The notes beneath the pieces are model-generated. The model was not told the origin of the DNA. It searched no databases and worked only from the letters and a program-made list of their open reading frames with translations. From the NCBI RefSeq assembly GCF_009914755.1, contig NC_060933.1: a DNA stretch of 64,000 nt. One strand, given 5' to 3'. Made by a program: the position numbers and the translations under genes. This document shows, in pieces, positions 1 to 20,930 of this stretch (positions within the stretch are counted from its first letter, which is position 1; each line of letters begins with the position of its first letter). This DNA comes from the human T2T-CHM13v2.0 reference genome, Homo sapiens.

Positions 1-859
1 GTGAGCCGAAGCAGGGCAAGGCATCACCTCACCCGGGAAGTGCAAGGGGTCAGGGAATTCCCTTTCCTAGCCAAGGGAAGGGGGGACAAATGGCACCTGG
101 AAAATCGGGTCACTCCCACCCTAATACTGTGCTTTTCCGACAGTCTTAGCAAACAGCACACCAGGAGATTATATCCCACGCCTGGCTCGGAGGGTCCTAT
201 GCCCACGGAGCCTCACTCATTTGTAGCACAGCAGTCTGAGATTGAACTGCAACGTGGCAGCGAGGCTGGGGGGGGGGGCACCCGCCATTGCTGAGGCTTG
301 AGTAGATAAACAGAGGGGCCGGGAAGCTCGAACTGGGTGGAGCCCACCACAGCTCAAGGAGGCCTGCCTGCCTCTGTAGACTTCACCTCTGGGGGCAGGG
401 CATAGCCAAACAAAAGGCAGCAGAAACCTCTGCAGACTTAAATGTTCCTGTCTGACAGCTTGGAAGAGAGTAGTGGTTCTCCCAGCATGGAGCTTGAGAT
501 CTGAGAACGGACAGACTGCCTCCTCAAGTGGGTCCCTGACCCTCAAGTAGCCTAACTGGGAGGCACCCCACAGTAGGGGCAGACTGACACCTCACACAGC
601 CGGGTACCCCTCTGAGACGAAACTTCCAGAGGAACGATCAGGCAGCAACATTTGCTGTTCAGCAATATTCGCTGTTCTGCAGCCTCTGCTGATACCCAGG
701 CAAACAGGATCTGGAGTGGACCTCCAGCAAACTCCAACAGACCTGCATCTGAGGGTCCTGACTGTTAGAAGGAAAACTAACAAACAGAAAGGACATCCAC
801 ATCAAAACCCATTTGTACATCAACATCATCAAAGACCAAAAGTAGATAAAACCACAAAG

Positions 860-1876
860 ATGGGGAAAAAACAGAGCAGAAAAACTGAAAATTCTAAAAA
901 TCAGAGCACCTCTCCTCCTCCAAAGGAACGCAGCTCCTCACCAGCAATGGAACAAAGCTGGATGGAGAATGACTTTGACAAGTTGAGAGAAGAAGGCTTC
1001 AGACGATCAAACTTCTCCGAGCTAAAGGAGGAAGTTCAAACCCAACACAAAGAAGTTAAAAACCTTGAAAAAAGATTAGACGAATGGCTAACTAGAATAA
1101 CCAATGCAGAGAAGTCCTTAAAGGACCTGATGGAGCTGAAAACCATAGCACGAGAACTACATGAAGAATGCACAAGCTTCAGTAGCCGATTTGATCAACT
1201 GGAAGAAAGGGTATCAGTGATGGAAGATCAAATGAATGAAATGAAGCCAGAAGAGAAGTTTAGAGAAAAAAGAATAAACCGAAATGAACAAAGCCTCCAA
1301 GAAATATGGGACTATGTGAAAAGACCAAATCTGCGTCCGATTGGTGTACCTGAAAGTGACAGGGAGAATGGAACCAAGTTGGAAAGTACTTTGCAGGATA
1401 TTATCCAGGAGAACTTCCCCAACCTAGCAAGGCAGGCCAACATTCAAATTCAGGAAGTACAGAGAATGCCACAAAGATACTCCTCGAGAAGAGCAACTCC
1501 AAAACACGTAATTGTCAGATTCACCAAAGTTGAAATGAAGGAAAAAATGTTAAGGGCAGCCAGAGAGAAAGGTCGGGTTACCCACAAAGGGAAGCCCATC
1601 AGACTAACAGCTGATCTCTCGGCAGGAACTCTACAAGCCAGAAGAGAGTGTGGGCCAATATTCAACATTCTTAAAGAAAAGAATCTTCAACCCAGAATTT
1701 CATATCCAGCCAAACTAAGCTTCATAAGTGAAGGAGAAATAAAATCCTTTACAGACAAGCAAATGCTGAGAGATTTTGTCACCACCAGGCCTGCCCTAAA
1801 AGAGCTCCTGAAGGGAGCACTAAACATGGAAAGGAACAGCCGATACCAGCCTCTGCAAAAACATGCCAGATTCTAA
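860..1876 (+). CDS. L1 ORF1p, full-length 338 codons, open
   Basis: ATG at 860 (MGKKQ...) to TAA at 1874-1876 without interruption; REKG, ARR and YPAKLS motifs present; substitutions such as ARREC (consensus ARREW) and NLRPIG (consensus NLRLIG). Confidence 0.9.
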   Translation: MGKKQSRKTENSKNQSTSPPPKERSSSPAMEQSWMENDFDKLREEGFRRSNFSELKEEVQTQHKEVKNLEKRLDEWLTRITNAEKSLKDLMELKTIARELHEECTSFSSRFDQLEERVSVMEDQMNEMKPEEKFREKRINRNEQSLQEIWDYVKRPNLRPIGVPESDRENGTKLESTLQDIIQENFPNLARQANIQIQEVQRMPQRYSSRRATPKHVIVRFTKVEMKEKMLRAAREKGRVTHKGKPIRLTADLSAGTLQARRECGPIFNILKEKNLQPRISYPAKLSFISEGEIKSFTDKQMLRDFVTTRPALKELLKGALNMERNSRYQPLQKHARF

Positions 1877-1939
1877 AGACCATGGATGCTAGGCAGAAAC
1901 TGCATCAACTAACGAGGAAAATCAGCAGCTAACATCATA

Positions 1940-5753
<3,814 letters not shown>

Positions 5754-7439
5754 ACAATGAGAACACTTGGTCACAGGAAGGGGGACATCACACACCGGGG
5801 CCTGTTGTGGGATGGGAGCAAGGGGGAGGCGTAGCATTGGTAGATATACCTAATGTAAATGATGAGTTAATGGGTACAGCACACCAACATGGCACATGTA
5901 TACATATGTAACAAACCTGCATGTTGTGCACATGTACCCTAGAGCTTAAAATATAATAATAAAAAAAATAAGTAAATAAAAAAGAATATGCAGTGCTGCT
6001 CTTCACTGTAGAAAGAGCCTGAGAATTATCTTGAACTCCAAATCCTGTACCTTTTTTCATCACAGTTGTGTATGGGTTTTATCTACTACTAGTTTTTTTC
6101 CAAGCCTTTTCACATCTTGACACATAGTAAATTTGACCAAGAAAAGATGAAAGGAAACATAAAAGAATGTGTTCTTGGCTGGAGATGACCTACTCTTGGG
6201 GTCTAGCTGCCCCAAAGACTGAGAGGATTGTTAACTCTGACACCTATAACCCATTCATGATTTAGTTGGTAAGCAGATCTGCCCATTTCTTTCTTCTTCA
6301 TTGCCAGATCTCAGTTCATGCACTAGTTATGCCCTGCTTCCACTTCATCTAAGAATAATTCTGTGTCGCAATATACCATAATTATATATTAATCTTCTCA
6401 TATTTGCATTAGAACTTTAAGATTATTGGGCTACTTAAACTTCGTAACTCCCCTCGTTACATCTTTTTTTTCCCTGAAAACATTTGTCATTTCTCTCCCA
6501 ACCACTGCCTCATTTTAATTTACTATCTCTGCAATACTTTTTCTTTTCTTTTCCATTAGAGATGATATGCTGTCTTCTTTAGGAAACTTTACCTAAGTGT
6601 AAGTAAGGAAATGAATGCTATCCTCCCTAGTGTTTTTATTATGATAGCTAAAATGTAACATATAAAAAGAAGTGTATATAGAAACAATATTTTTGTTTTA
6701 GTTCTATGCCATATCTCTCTATAGGTTATTTTTTATATTTTTAAACGTTTATTTTTTGAAGGTTGGAACCAGATATGTGAGTTTAAGGGGCTTTAAACTC
6801 TTTTAAAAATCTTTTTTTTTTATATTTCAAATTCTGTTTTATTGTAAAAGTTCCTGCAGAACAGAAAAGTTTTATTTAAATAGTTTTCTGTTTTCTTGAG
6901 CATTGTGCAGTGTATTTTTAGTATACTTAGCATACTTACTATTACTTGATGTTAATTCAGCCAATTTTAGGCTGGTGGGGAAGATGATTCATGTACACTA
7001 ACAGTTATAATGCAAAATAGAAACTAGTAAAAGCCTCAAGGTTAGTTGCCTCTCCTTGTGCTTCCATAGTAACCCGTGCTTATTCCTTCATTGCAACTAT
7101 ACTGTATTGTTATTGCCTCTATATTTATCTCTGATAGAGTCCATCATAAACTAGAACAGTGGTTCTTAATTGATGTGGGGGTGGTAAGGAATGGGGCTTG
7201 CGCATTTTGGAAAACATCTTCTCATATTCTTTTTCAGGTACATCACTCTCTCCACCACTATCACTACTGCCCTTCTTCTTTTGAAAACTCCTGTACTCAC
7301 CTTTAAGCCCTTCAAAATTAGGGAAGTGTATCTTATTTGTCATTTTATCTCTAGTGCTTAGCATTTTTTTTTGGCATCTGTGCCCATTAAGGTAGACAGT
7401 AACTGTTTATTTGTTGCAGGAAGGTAAAACTAGGTTGGA

Positions 7440-7970
7440 GGTGGAGGGAGCACTTCTAACCTGGAAGAATATTGAAGACTTCCTTGAAGAAGTGTCATTT
7501 GAGAGGAGCTATGAAAAGAAAGTAAACTGGTTTTATGGAAGTAAATGAGAACATTGCAGACAAGAGGTAATGGGCAAAAACACAGAGGCAGGAAAGTGTA
7601 GGATGTATTCCAGGAATACTCATGCAAAAACCATAGACTATGTGAAGTGTGAGAAAGCTTATAGTAAATTTGCCTGTATTCAGTCAGATTGTGAATACCC
7701 CTTTATACCATTATATGTAATTTGAACTATTTGTAGGTGGTAGGGAACTATTGAAAAGTTTTGATTGTGGTGTAACTTGATTTATCTGTCAGCAACTTGA
7801 TACATCTGTCAGTGTATAGGTAAGATTGTGGATACAGAGAAAGTGGAGACAGGGACATCAGTTAAAATTAGGACATTAGGTACAATTAGAGTTTAGAATG
7901 ACAGTGAAGAAGGAAGGAATTGATGCAAGAGGTATTTTAAAGGTAAAATCAACATACTATGGCTTCTTTT
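7440..7970 (-). mobile_element. Decayed LINE-2 fragment(s)
   Basis: L2-like phrases such as 'agaacattgcagacaagaggtaatgggcaaaaacacagaggcagg'; boundaries approximate. Confidence 0.5.
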
Positions 7971-8473
7971 TTTCAGTATCACATTATTCATTTTTAAGTG
8001 GTTACTGAATATTCCTAATGAAGCGGTAGTGCTAGTGAAAAGGAACATTTTGATAGGCGAATCTTTCTCTTTTGTGACTGAATTGCCTTGGCATTTATAG
8101 AAAATAAATAATGAAGTTAATTGGATATCATCTTGATAATAAAAATGTAATTAAGTTTTTGATATTATGGTTTGGAGGTTTATTTTATAAGAATTAGTTG
8201 TAAACTAGAGAAGAAAGAACAAGATATTAATTTAGATTTTATGCCTGTAGTAGCTTATATAGGCAGGCCTATTATGTGTTCTTTCCCATTTATTAATTTG
8301 GGCTTAGAAGAAGCTGAGTTATGGCCTACTCTGAGTGCCACTTTAGATTTCACTAGGAATCAGCATAGAATACATTAATGCACTGTTTAATACAAGTACA
8401 AGAACTTGAGTTGAAATCTTGAAAATGAAGGGCAGTCTCCTTGTTAATCTTGTGAGCTGCCCTCATCAGAGTA

Positions 8474-8693
8474 TAGGTTGAGCATCCCAAATCTGAAAAT
8501 TCAAAATCTGAAATGCTCCAAAATCTGCAACTTTTGCGTGCTAATATGATGCTGAAAGGAATGTTCATTGGAGCATTTCAGAATTTTGGATTAGGGATGT
8601 TCAACTGGTAAGTGTAATCCAAATATTCTGGAATCCTAAGAAGTCCAAAATACTTTTGGTCCCAAGCATTTTGGATAAGGGATACTAAACCTC
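8474..8693 (-). mobile_element. MER46/Tigger4a-like non-autonomous DNA transposon
   Basis: Terminal inverted repeats 'taggttgagcatccc' / 'gggatactaaacctc' flanked by TA dinucleotides (8472-73, 8694-95). Confidence 0.8.
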
Positions 8694-8899
8694 TATTTGA
8701 TAATTGTATTTCCATGGGTTTTAACTGAATACAAAAACTAATACCATCATCAATGTTGATTGATATTGTTTTCACAGTTTTGGGAGATACAAAATAATTA
8801 TGATTTATTAGGTTATCTTTGCTTAATATACATTACTGATCAGGTGAATTGTTCACATCACTATTGGTATTATTTCTCTTAAGTAGTTTCTTGAGACTG

Positions 8900-8921
8900 T
8901 ATATATATATATATATATATT
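8900..8921. repeat. (TA)n microsatellite
   Basis: About 11 TA units. Confidence 0.9.
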
Positions 8922-9564
8922 TTAGTGTTTGCTTTATATAGTCATCAGCTCTGGCAGCTCATTTGGATTGTTTTAAAACCCCAAACCAAGACTTGATTTT
9001 AAGATGGTAAAGACATTTGTGCCCTATTCTATCTGAAATTACCATGAAACAACAAGGAAACTGAGAGAAAGAGATGTAATTACATCTTTGCTGAGACTAG
9101 AAGACCTGTAACTCCAAACTGAAATATTTGAGAAATGGCAGCCACATGTAAGCAGGAAGAGGTTAAAAGAGAATGCTGGTAGAAAGAGATCTCAGATAGA
9201 GCTGGCAGAGCAAAGAGTCCTCTTCTGTTTGCAGTGGGATCAGGATGCATAGAAAGGCAATGGGAATTTCCTTGGATTGTTTGGCAACATGAACTAGCAA
9301 GAAAGGAAGAGTGAATGAGGAAGTGCACAGATACCCCATCTTTGCAGGAAGCACTCTCTTGCTGAGGCAAAGTAGAGGAGAGATAGTGAGTGGCCCTTTG
9401 CTGCCTGTCTCTGACATCTGGAAGAAGTAATGTTTAAATGCTTTTCCCACTTGTTCTCATACACATTCTCTGCCTTTCTCACATATACACATGTACAAAA
9501 TACTCTGTCAGAAAGAGTTTTCTTGTATACCAGAGACTACCCTCTAGTCTAGAATACACCCTTA

Positions 9565-10005
<441 letters not shown>

Positions 10006-10008
10006 TTA

Positions 10009-10310
10009 GGTCAGGCTCAGTAGTAGCTCACACCTGTAATTCCAGCACTTTGGGAGGCTAAGGCAGGAGGTTCTCTTGAGGCTGGGAGTTTAAGACCAGC
10101 TTGGGCAACATAGCAAGACCCTGTCTTTACAAATAAATTTTTAAAAAATTAGCTGGGCATGGTGGCACATACTTTTACTCATGGCTACTCAGGAGGCTGA
10201 GATAGGAAGATCACTTAAGTGTGGGAGTTTCGGGTTACAATGAGCTATGATTGCACCATTATACTTCAGCCTGGACGACAAAGTGAGACCCTGTCTCAAA
10301 AAAAAAAAAA
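10009..10310 (+). mobile_element. Alu (AluJ-like)
   Basis: Diverged dimeric Alu; 'atcttta' repeated before the element and after the tail (TSD remnant). Confidence 0.9.
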
Positions 10311-10324
10311 TCTTTATTCTACAG

Positions 10325-10416
10325 ATTGAAAGGAAACACACTGAATCAGGAAAAACTAACATACGGTCATCAACATCCTTGTATAACCTAGTTTTTAAAA
10401 AAATTGGATTTCAAAG
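10325..10416 (+). other. FKTN: FKTN non-coding 5'UTR exon (exon 2 in 11-exon numbering; c.-180 to c.-89)
   Basis: Acceptor 'tctttattctacag|ATTG', donor 'CAAAG|gtaagg'; the 92-nt length fits the recalled c.-180..-89 exon; contains no ATG. Confidence 0.75.
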
Positions 10417-11244
10417 GTAAGGAATGCATTCTTTGCTCATCCCAATAAAAAGATTAAATTACCTATCAGGAGTTGGTTTGGGAAATCAGATATTGTCAAG
10501 GGAATATTTAGCACTACAGGACAATGGTACAAAGTGTGTAAGTCATTGGGGAAAGACAGTGTAACCTCAAAGCCAAATTGACAACTATTTTTGAACAAGG
10601 CAAAAGCTCAAGGTAAGTGGTACCCCTAAGTTCTTTTTGATAAACTGCAAGAAGATGAATATCAGTCATACAGTAGATGAACAGAGATGATATAGCAAAT
10701 GGATTGGCAGGGAACATTGTAGGAATAAGACCAAAATAACTATGAGATTTGTAGTTATAGAATACAATAGAACTGTAACATGTAGAAATAATTAATAAAA
10801 GTCAAGATTGAAAGAGGAGAGAAGACAGAATGTAGTATAAATTTGTTGGTTTCTTCTTATTTTATAGCTGGAGAACAAAAGACATATAAACCTTAGATAT
10901 CAAGCATAAGAGAGGTGTCAGTATATTTGAAGGATTGAAGGAATAAATGTAAGCATTTGAAGAACTAAATGTGTTTAACCAAAATCAAACAGTGGAGACA
11001 AGGTAGGAAGAAGTAGAACTGTATTAAATTTCTTATCCTAAAGGAATAATCAGAGATGAGACCTAAGATGAAAGAACAAAATGTTTATTGTGGCATTCTT
11101 TACAGTTGAAAAAACTGAAAACATACATGGAGTATAAATAAAAACTGACCACATCCTAGATCACACACAAACTTGAAAAGCAACAAAGAGCTGTCTTACA
11201 GGCCATGTTCCTTGACTAAAAACGGTCTCAGTTTCTCCTTTGGA

Positions 11245-11345
11245 AGTGGTTCTCAGCATTGTCAGCAGCACCAGCATCATTTGGGAACTTGTCAGAAATG
11301 AAAATTCTGAGGTCTCATACCGGATTTACTGAATCAGAAACTGGA
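11245..11345. mobile_element. MER5A-like hAT relic
   Basis: 'agtggttctca...cagcatcatttgggaacttgtcagaaatg...ctgaatcagaaact'. Confidence 0.7.
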
Positions 11346-11614
11346 GGAGAAAAGCACCTCTCAACCTTGTTGGTCAGTTTTTATAAATATCCTATTTATG
11401 TTTTCAGTTATTTACAGTTATAAAAAAAAGTGATAATAAACATTTTTGTTTTTTCATCATTGGTCTCATATTTGATTATTTCTTTAGCATAGACAATGAC
11501 CAGATCAAAGAATGCCTGTGGAAATTTAATTTTTTCTTTGTTCTATTGTTGGTTATTACAGGTACAAAATTAAAGAGGTTTTTGTTTCTTTAAAAATATC
11601 TTTTTTGTTCACAG

Positions 11615-11978
<364 letters not shown>

Positions 11979-12489
11979 TAAAGACAGGTGCTAAGTTTCA
12001 AGGATGTTTAATCTATTGGAATTTCCTGAGCTAGTTATTTAAAAATTATTATTTTGTTAAACAGATTATCCTTCATTTAAATGAACTCAATGATAAATAA
12101 TTTTGATAAAATGTCAAAATTAGTTTATTTTAGTACAGCATATATTTTAATTTAGTACCTACTGGGGAAGTATAATGGTATGACTTACCTTTATCTGTAT
12201 GTATAGGAATAAAGTAGAGACAATGATGTGGAAATCAATAGCTTCTGAAGATTCCGTAGAATATACCAGATAAGGAATTCCAAAGTTGAGATGGTGTTGT
12301 TACATTGTGAAAAGTTGCCAAACACTCCCTCTGGGGTGTATTATAATAATTACTACCATCACTGATAATTGTACTAGATGCTTTCCATGCTCAGTTTAGT
12401 CCTAAAAACAATCATGGGGAAGAAAAAAAATTTTTTTTGTTTTTATGTTTTTATCCTCATGTCTTAATTAGAACTATTCATCAGAATTA

Positions 12490-12770
12490 ATCACTTTGCG
12501 CCCCTCCTCAACTAGAATGGAGTATACTTCCCTGCCTTTTTTATGTTGGGCTTGACCAGTAGAATGTTAACAGACATGTGCAGAAGCTTTGAATAGGCTG
12601 TTGTGATTTGACTTAGTTTTTATGCTCCCCTGACCTATAGGAGAAGAGAAAAATGTATGGAGCAGACCAAAGCATAGCTGCCCAGCTGACTCACAGATTT
12701 GTGAGGGAGGAAATAGATGCTTATAAGCCATAAGACTGGGGGAAGTTTATTATGCAGCATTGTTACATGG
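12490..12770. mobile_element. MLT1-like (MaLR) LTR relic
   Basis: 'cttgaccagtagaatgttaacagacatg...ttataagccataagactgg...ttattatgcagca' pattern; approximate. Confidence 0.5.
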
Positions 12771-13102
12771 AGTTATTAGACCTAATTTTGACAGATAAGA
12801 AAACTGAAACTTTTCTTTTTTTTTTTTTTTTAATTAATTTATTTTTTTTATTATACTTTAAGTTTTAGGGTACATTTGCACATTGTGCAGGTTAGTTACA
12901 TATGTATACATTTGCCGTGCTGGTGTGCTGCACCCACTAACTCGTCATCTAGCATTAGGTATATCTCCCAATGCTATCCCTCCCCACTCCCACCACCCCA
13001 CAACAGTCCCCAGAGTGTGATATTCCCCTTCCTGTGTCCATGTGATCTCATTGTTCATTTCCCACCTATGAGTGAGAATATGCGGTGTTTGGTTTTTTGT
13101 TC

Positions 13103-16904
<3,802 letters not shown>

Positions 16905-16940
16905 TTAGTTGACGCAGTTTCTTCCTAGTCTCGACGGTCT

Positions 16941-17957
16941 TTACATTTTGGCATGATTTTGCAGCAGCTGGTACCGGTTGTTCCTTTCCATGTTTAGTGC
17001 TTCCTTCAGGAGCTCTTTTAGGGCAGGCCTGGTGGTGACAAAATCTCTCAGCATTTGCTTGTCTGTAAAGTATTTAATTTCTCCTTCACTTATGAAGCTT
17101 AGTTTGGCTGGATATGAAATTCTGGGTTGAAAATTCTTTTCTTTAAGAATGTTGAATATTGGCCCCCACTCTCTTCTGGCTTGTAGGGTTTCTGCCAAGA
17201 GATCCGCTGTTAGTCTGATGGGCTTCCCTTTGAGGGTAACCCGACCTTTCTCTCTGGCTGCCCTTAACATTTTTTCCTTCATTTCAACTTTGGTGAATCT
17301 GACAATTATGTGTCTTGGAGTTGCTCTTCTCGAGGAGTATCTTTGTGGCGTTCTCTGTATTTCCTGAATCTGAACGTTGGCCTGCCTTGCTAGATTGGGG
17401 AAGTTCTCCTGGATAATATCCTGCAGAGTGTTTTCCAACTTGGTTCCATTCTCCCCATCACTTTCAGGTACACCAATCAGACGTAGATTTGGTCTTTTCA
17501 CATAGTCCCATATTTCTTGGAGGCTTTGCTCATTTCTTTTTATTCTTTTTTCTCTAAACTTCCCTTCTCGCTTCATTTCATTCATTTCATCTTCCATTGC
17601 TGATACCCTTTCTTCCAGTTGATCGCATCGGCTCCTGAGGCTTCTGCATTCTTCACGTAGTTCTCGAGCCTTGGTTTTCAGCTCCATCAGCTCCTTTAAG
17701 TACTTCTCTGTATTGGTTATTCTAGTTATACATTCTTCTCAATTTTTTTCAAAGTTTTTAACTTCTTTGCCTTTGGTTTGAATGTCCTCCCGTAGCTCAG
17801 AGTAATTTGATCGTCTGAAGCCTTCTTCTCTCAGCTCGTCAAAGTCATTCTCCATCCAGCTTTGTTCCGTTGCTGGTGAGGAACTGCGTTCCTTTGTAGG
17901 AGGAGAGGCGCTCTGCGTTTTAGAGTTTCCAGTTTTTCTGTTCTGTTTTTTCCCCAT
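16941..17957 (-). pseudogene. L1 ORF1 with a single nonsense codon (codon 73, TTA>TGA)
   Basis: ORF-track pieces 17739-17957 and 16941-17687 are in the same frame. Confidence 0.92.
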
Positions 17958-18862
17958 CTTTGTGGTTTTATCTACTTTTGGTCTTTGATGATGGTGATGT
18001 TCAGATGGGTTTTCGGTGTGGATGTCCTTTCTGTTTGTTAGTTTTCCTTCTAACAGACAGGACCCTCAGCTGCAGGTCTGTTGGAGTACCCTGCCTTGTG
18101 AGGTGTCAGTGTGCCCCTGCTGCGGGGTGCCTCCCAGTTAGGCTGCTCGGGGGTCAGGGGTCAGGGACCCACTTGAGGAGGCAGTCTGCCGGTTCTCAGA
18201 TCTCCAGCTGCGTGCTGGGAGAACCACTGCTCTCTTCAAAGCTGTCAGACAGGGACATTGAAGTCTGCAGAGGTTACTGCTGTCTTTTTGTTTGTCTGTG
18301 CCCTGCCCCCAGAGGTGGAGCCTACAGAGGCAGGCAGGCCTCCTTGAACTGTGGTGGGCTCCATGCAGTTCGAGCTTCCCGGCTGCTTTGTTTACCTAAG
18401 CAAGCCTGGGCAATGGCGGGCGCCCCTCCCCCAGCCTCGCTGCCGCCTTGCAGTTTGATCTCAGACTGCTGGGCTAGCAATCAGCGAGATTCCGTGGGCG
18501 TAGGACCCTCCGAGCCAGGTGTGGGATATAGTCTCGTGGTGCACTGTTTTTTAAGCCGGTCTGAAAAGCGCAATATTCGGGTGGGAGTGACCCGATTTTC
18601 CAGGTGTGTCCGTCACCCCTTTCTTTGACTCAGAAAGGGAACTCCCTGACACCTTGCGCTTCCCAGGTGAGGCAATGCCTCGCCCTGCTTCGGCTCGCGC
18701 ACGGTGCGCGCACCCACTAGCCTGCGCCCACTGTCTGGCACTCCCTAGTGAGATGAACCCGGTACCTCAGATGGAAATGCAGAAATCACCCGTCTTCTGC
18801 GTCGCTCATGCTGGGAGCTGTAGACCGGAGCTGTTCCTATTCGGCCATCTTGGCTCCTACCC
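17958..18862. promoter_or_regulatory. L1 5'UTR bidirectional promoter (sense promoter on -, antisense promoter on +), CpG-rich
   Basis: Complete young-type 5'UTR with many CpGs retained (18410-18860) and YY1 motif; activity inferred from family knowledge. Confidence 0.7.
18413..18628 (+). CDS. L1 ORF0 (71 aa, antisense ORF of primate L1 5'UTR), intact
   Basis: MAGAPPPASLPPCSLISDCWASNQRDSVGVGPSEPGVGYSLVVHCFLSRSEKRNIRVGVTRFSRCVRHPFL*; donor-like sites CAG|gt after 18518 and 18603. Confidence 0.85.
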   Translation: MAGAPPPASLPPCSLISDCWASNQRDSVGVGPSEPGVGYSLVVHCFLSRSEKRNIRVGVTRFSRCVRHPFL

Positions 18863-18879
18863 GAAACTTTTCTTTTTTT

Positions 18880-19167
18880 AAGAGAGGATCTCGCTTCGTC
18901 ACCCAGGCTGAAGTACAGTGGCATAATCATAGCTCACTGTAACCTTGAACTCTGGGGCTCAAGCAGTACTCCTGCCTCAATCTCCTGAGTTGTTAGGAGG
19001 ACTACAGGCACATGCCATCACGCCTGACTAATTAAAAAAAATTTTTTGTAGAGACGGGGTCTCGCTGTGTTGCCCAGGCTGGTCTTGAACTCCTGGCCTC
19101 AGGCAGTTCTGTCACCTCAGGCTCCCAAAGTGCTGGGATTACAAGTATGGGCTACTGCAACTGGCCT
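18880..19167 (-). mobile_element. Alu (AluJ-like); its poly(A) tail was the target of the L1PA2 insertion
   Basis: Antisense Alu directly following the L1 TSD. Confidence 0.92.
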
Positions 19168-20674
19168 GGAAAACCAAAATTGTTAACAGAGATGTGAAAT
19201 AATTTACCCATACAAACCACCCAATATCTAATGTGTATAGCTGACCTCTAATGTCCCTAGCTCCATTTTTTCCAGGCTATATAATTTTAAAAATAACAGA
19301 CTATACTGATTCTACTTTTGATCTTGGCTGTTTATCCAATGAATGTCTTTCTGTGACATCTTCAACCCTTTCCTCATTATTTTCTTAGGATAAAGTCCTA
19401 GAGTAGAAATTCTAGATCTAATATGCACATTTTAGATTTTTGTTATATATTACAAAGTTATCCTTCATAAGGATAAGCAGTATACCTGATTTCTCATATC
19501 TTTTCATAAATAGGAATAACAATAATAATGGCATCTGTTTCAGTTAGAGATGGCTGGCTAATAGTAGCTTAAACAAATAGAGGAATTATCTGTCCATATC
19601 TATAAGTCTAGAGCCTCTAAAATTCTCTTGGTATTTCCTGTGTTACAGTCAAGGCTAGAAGGAATAATAGTGTGATCTAGCAGGCTTCTAGTTTTGTGAC
19701 AGTGGCCAGCAGATTCCCAAATATAAGAGAATCTGGGGAAGTAAGGTTTTACTATTGTTATTTAGCTTTTCTAGCCTCTATAATAGAGATTGCAAAAGAG
19801 AAGGGGTTTGGGAATGGGTGTCAGGTCAGCTTACCTATAGTGCCTGCCATAGCAGCTAACATTTTTTGATGTGCTTGATTGAGCAGGCCCTATGCGAAGC
19901 ACTTTACCAACATTTAATTCTTAAAACAAGTTGAGTAGATCTTGTTCTTCCTGTTTTTCCAGCAAAAACATTGAGGTTTTGAGAGACTTACTAATTTTCC
20001 CAATATCACATAGTTATTAAGTGGGGGAGATGAACCTGAGGAGTCTACCCCAAAACCTCATTCATTAATTTTTAGTGTTCGTAATATTCAGAAACTGAAA
20101 GCTATTCAACTCCATTAGAGGTCGTTTCTTTGATTACTAGTGGGGTTAAACATCTTTCCATATGTATATTGGTTCTTTTTAGTTGTATTCTTACTTCTTC
20201 TTATTTGTGTCTTTCATATATGTTCCTGATGATGTTGTCTTTTTCTGTAGCTGTTCTTTATAGTTTGAAGAATATTAAACCTTCATCATATATATTTCAA
20301 ATATTTTTCCTGACTTGTAATTTGCCTTTTAACTTTATATTCATGATGTACTCCCTCAATAAATTAGTACTTAATGTATAAATAGACAGATGTCAAAATC
20401 TGTTTTCCTTAGGGCATCTGTTTTTTATGTTATAAGTAGCCCAAGATTATGGGAATATTTAACTGTATTTTTGTCTATTTAATGTTTAAATTTTTTCACT
20501 AAAATGAATTTATTTTAGTATGAGGTATGAATTAGACATCTAACTTACATTTTTCCACAATGATTAACCAATTGTCCCAATATCCCTTATTGAATTACCC
20601 ATTACTTTAAAAATCCCATCTTAATTATATATTAAATTCTAATAAAGAACTGCTGTCTCAACCCTTTTCCCTTG

Positions 20675-20930
20675 GTGGCAGTGTAACATAGTTGTTGAGA
20701 GCATGAACATCAGTTTGAGATTAAACCTCATCTATACTGCTTATTAGCTGTGGGATCTTGAGTTAATTACTTGACTTCTAAATGCCTTTGTTTCCTTATC
20801 TACAAAATGGGAGGCAATAACAGTACCACCTCATAGACTTGTGAAGCTTAAATGAATTGATATACATAAACTATTTGGAACAATGCATGTTATACAGAAA
20901 GAAACCAGTAAAAATTGGCTATTATTATTA
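20675..20930 (+). mobile_element. MIR
   Basis: 'ttattagctgtgggatcttgagttaattacttgacttc...tttccttatctacaaaatggg' MIR core. Confidence 0.8.

Noticed and set aside
217-546. ORF0 in the + strand L1
   Set aside because: The G11 run at 268-278 shifts the frame after MAGAPPP.
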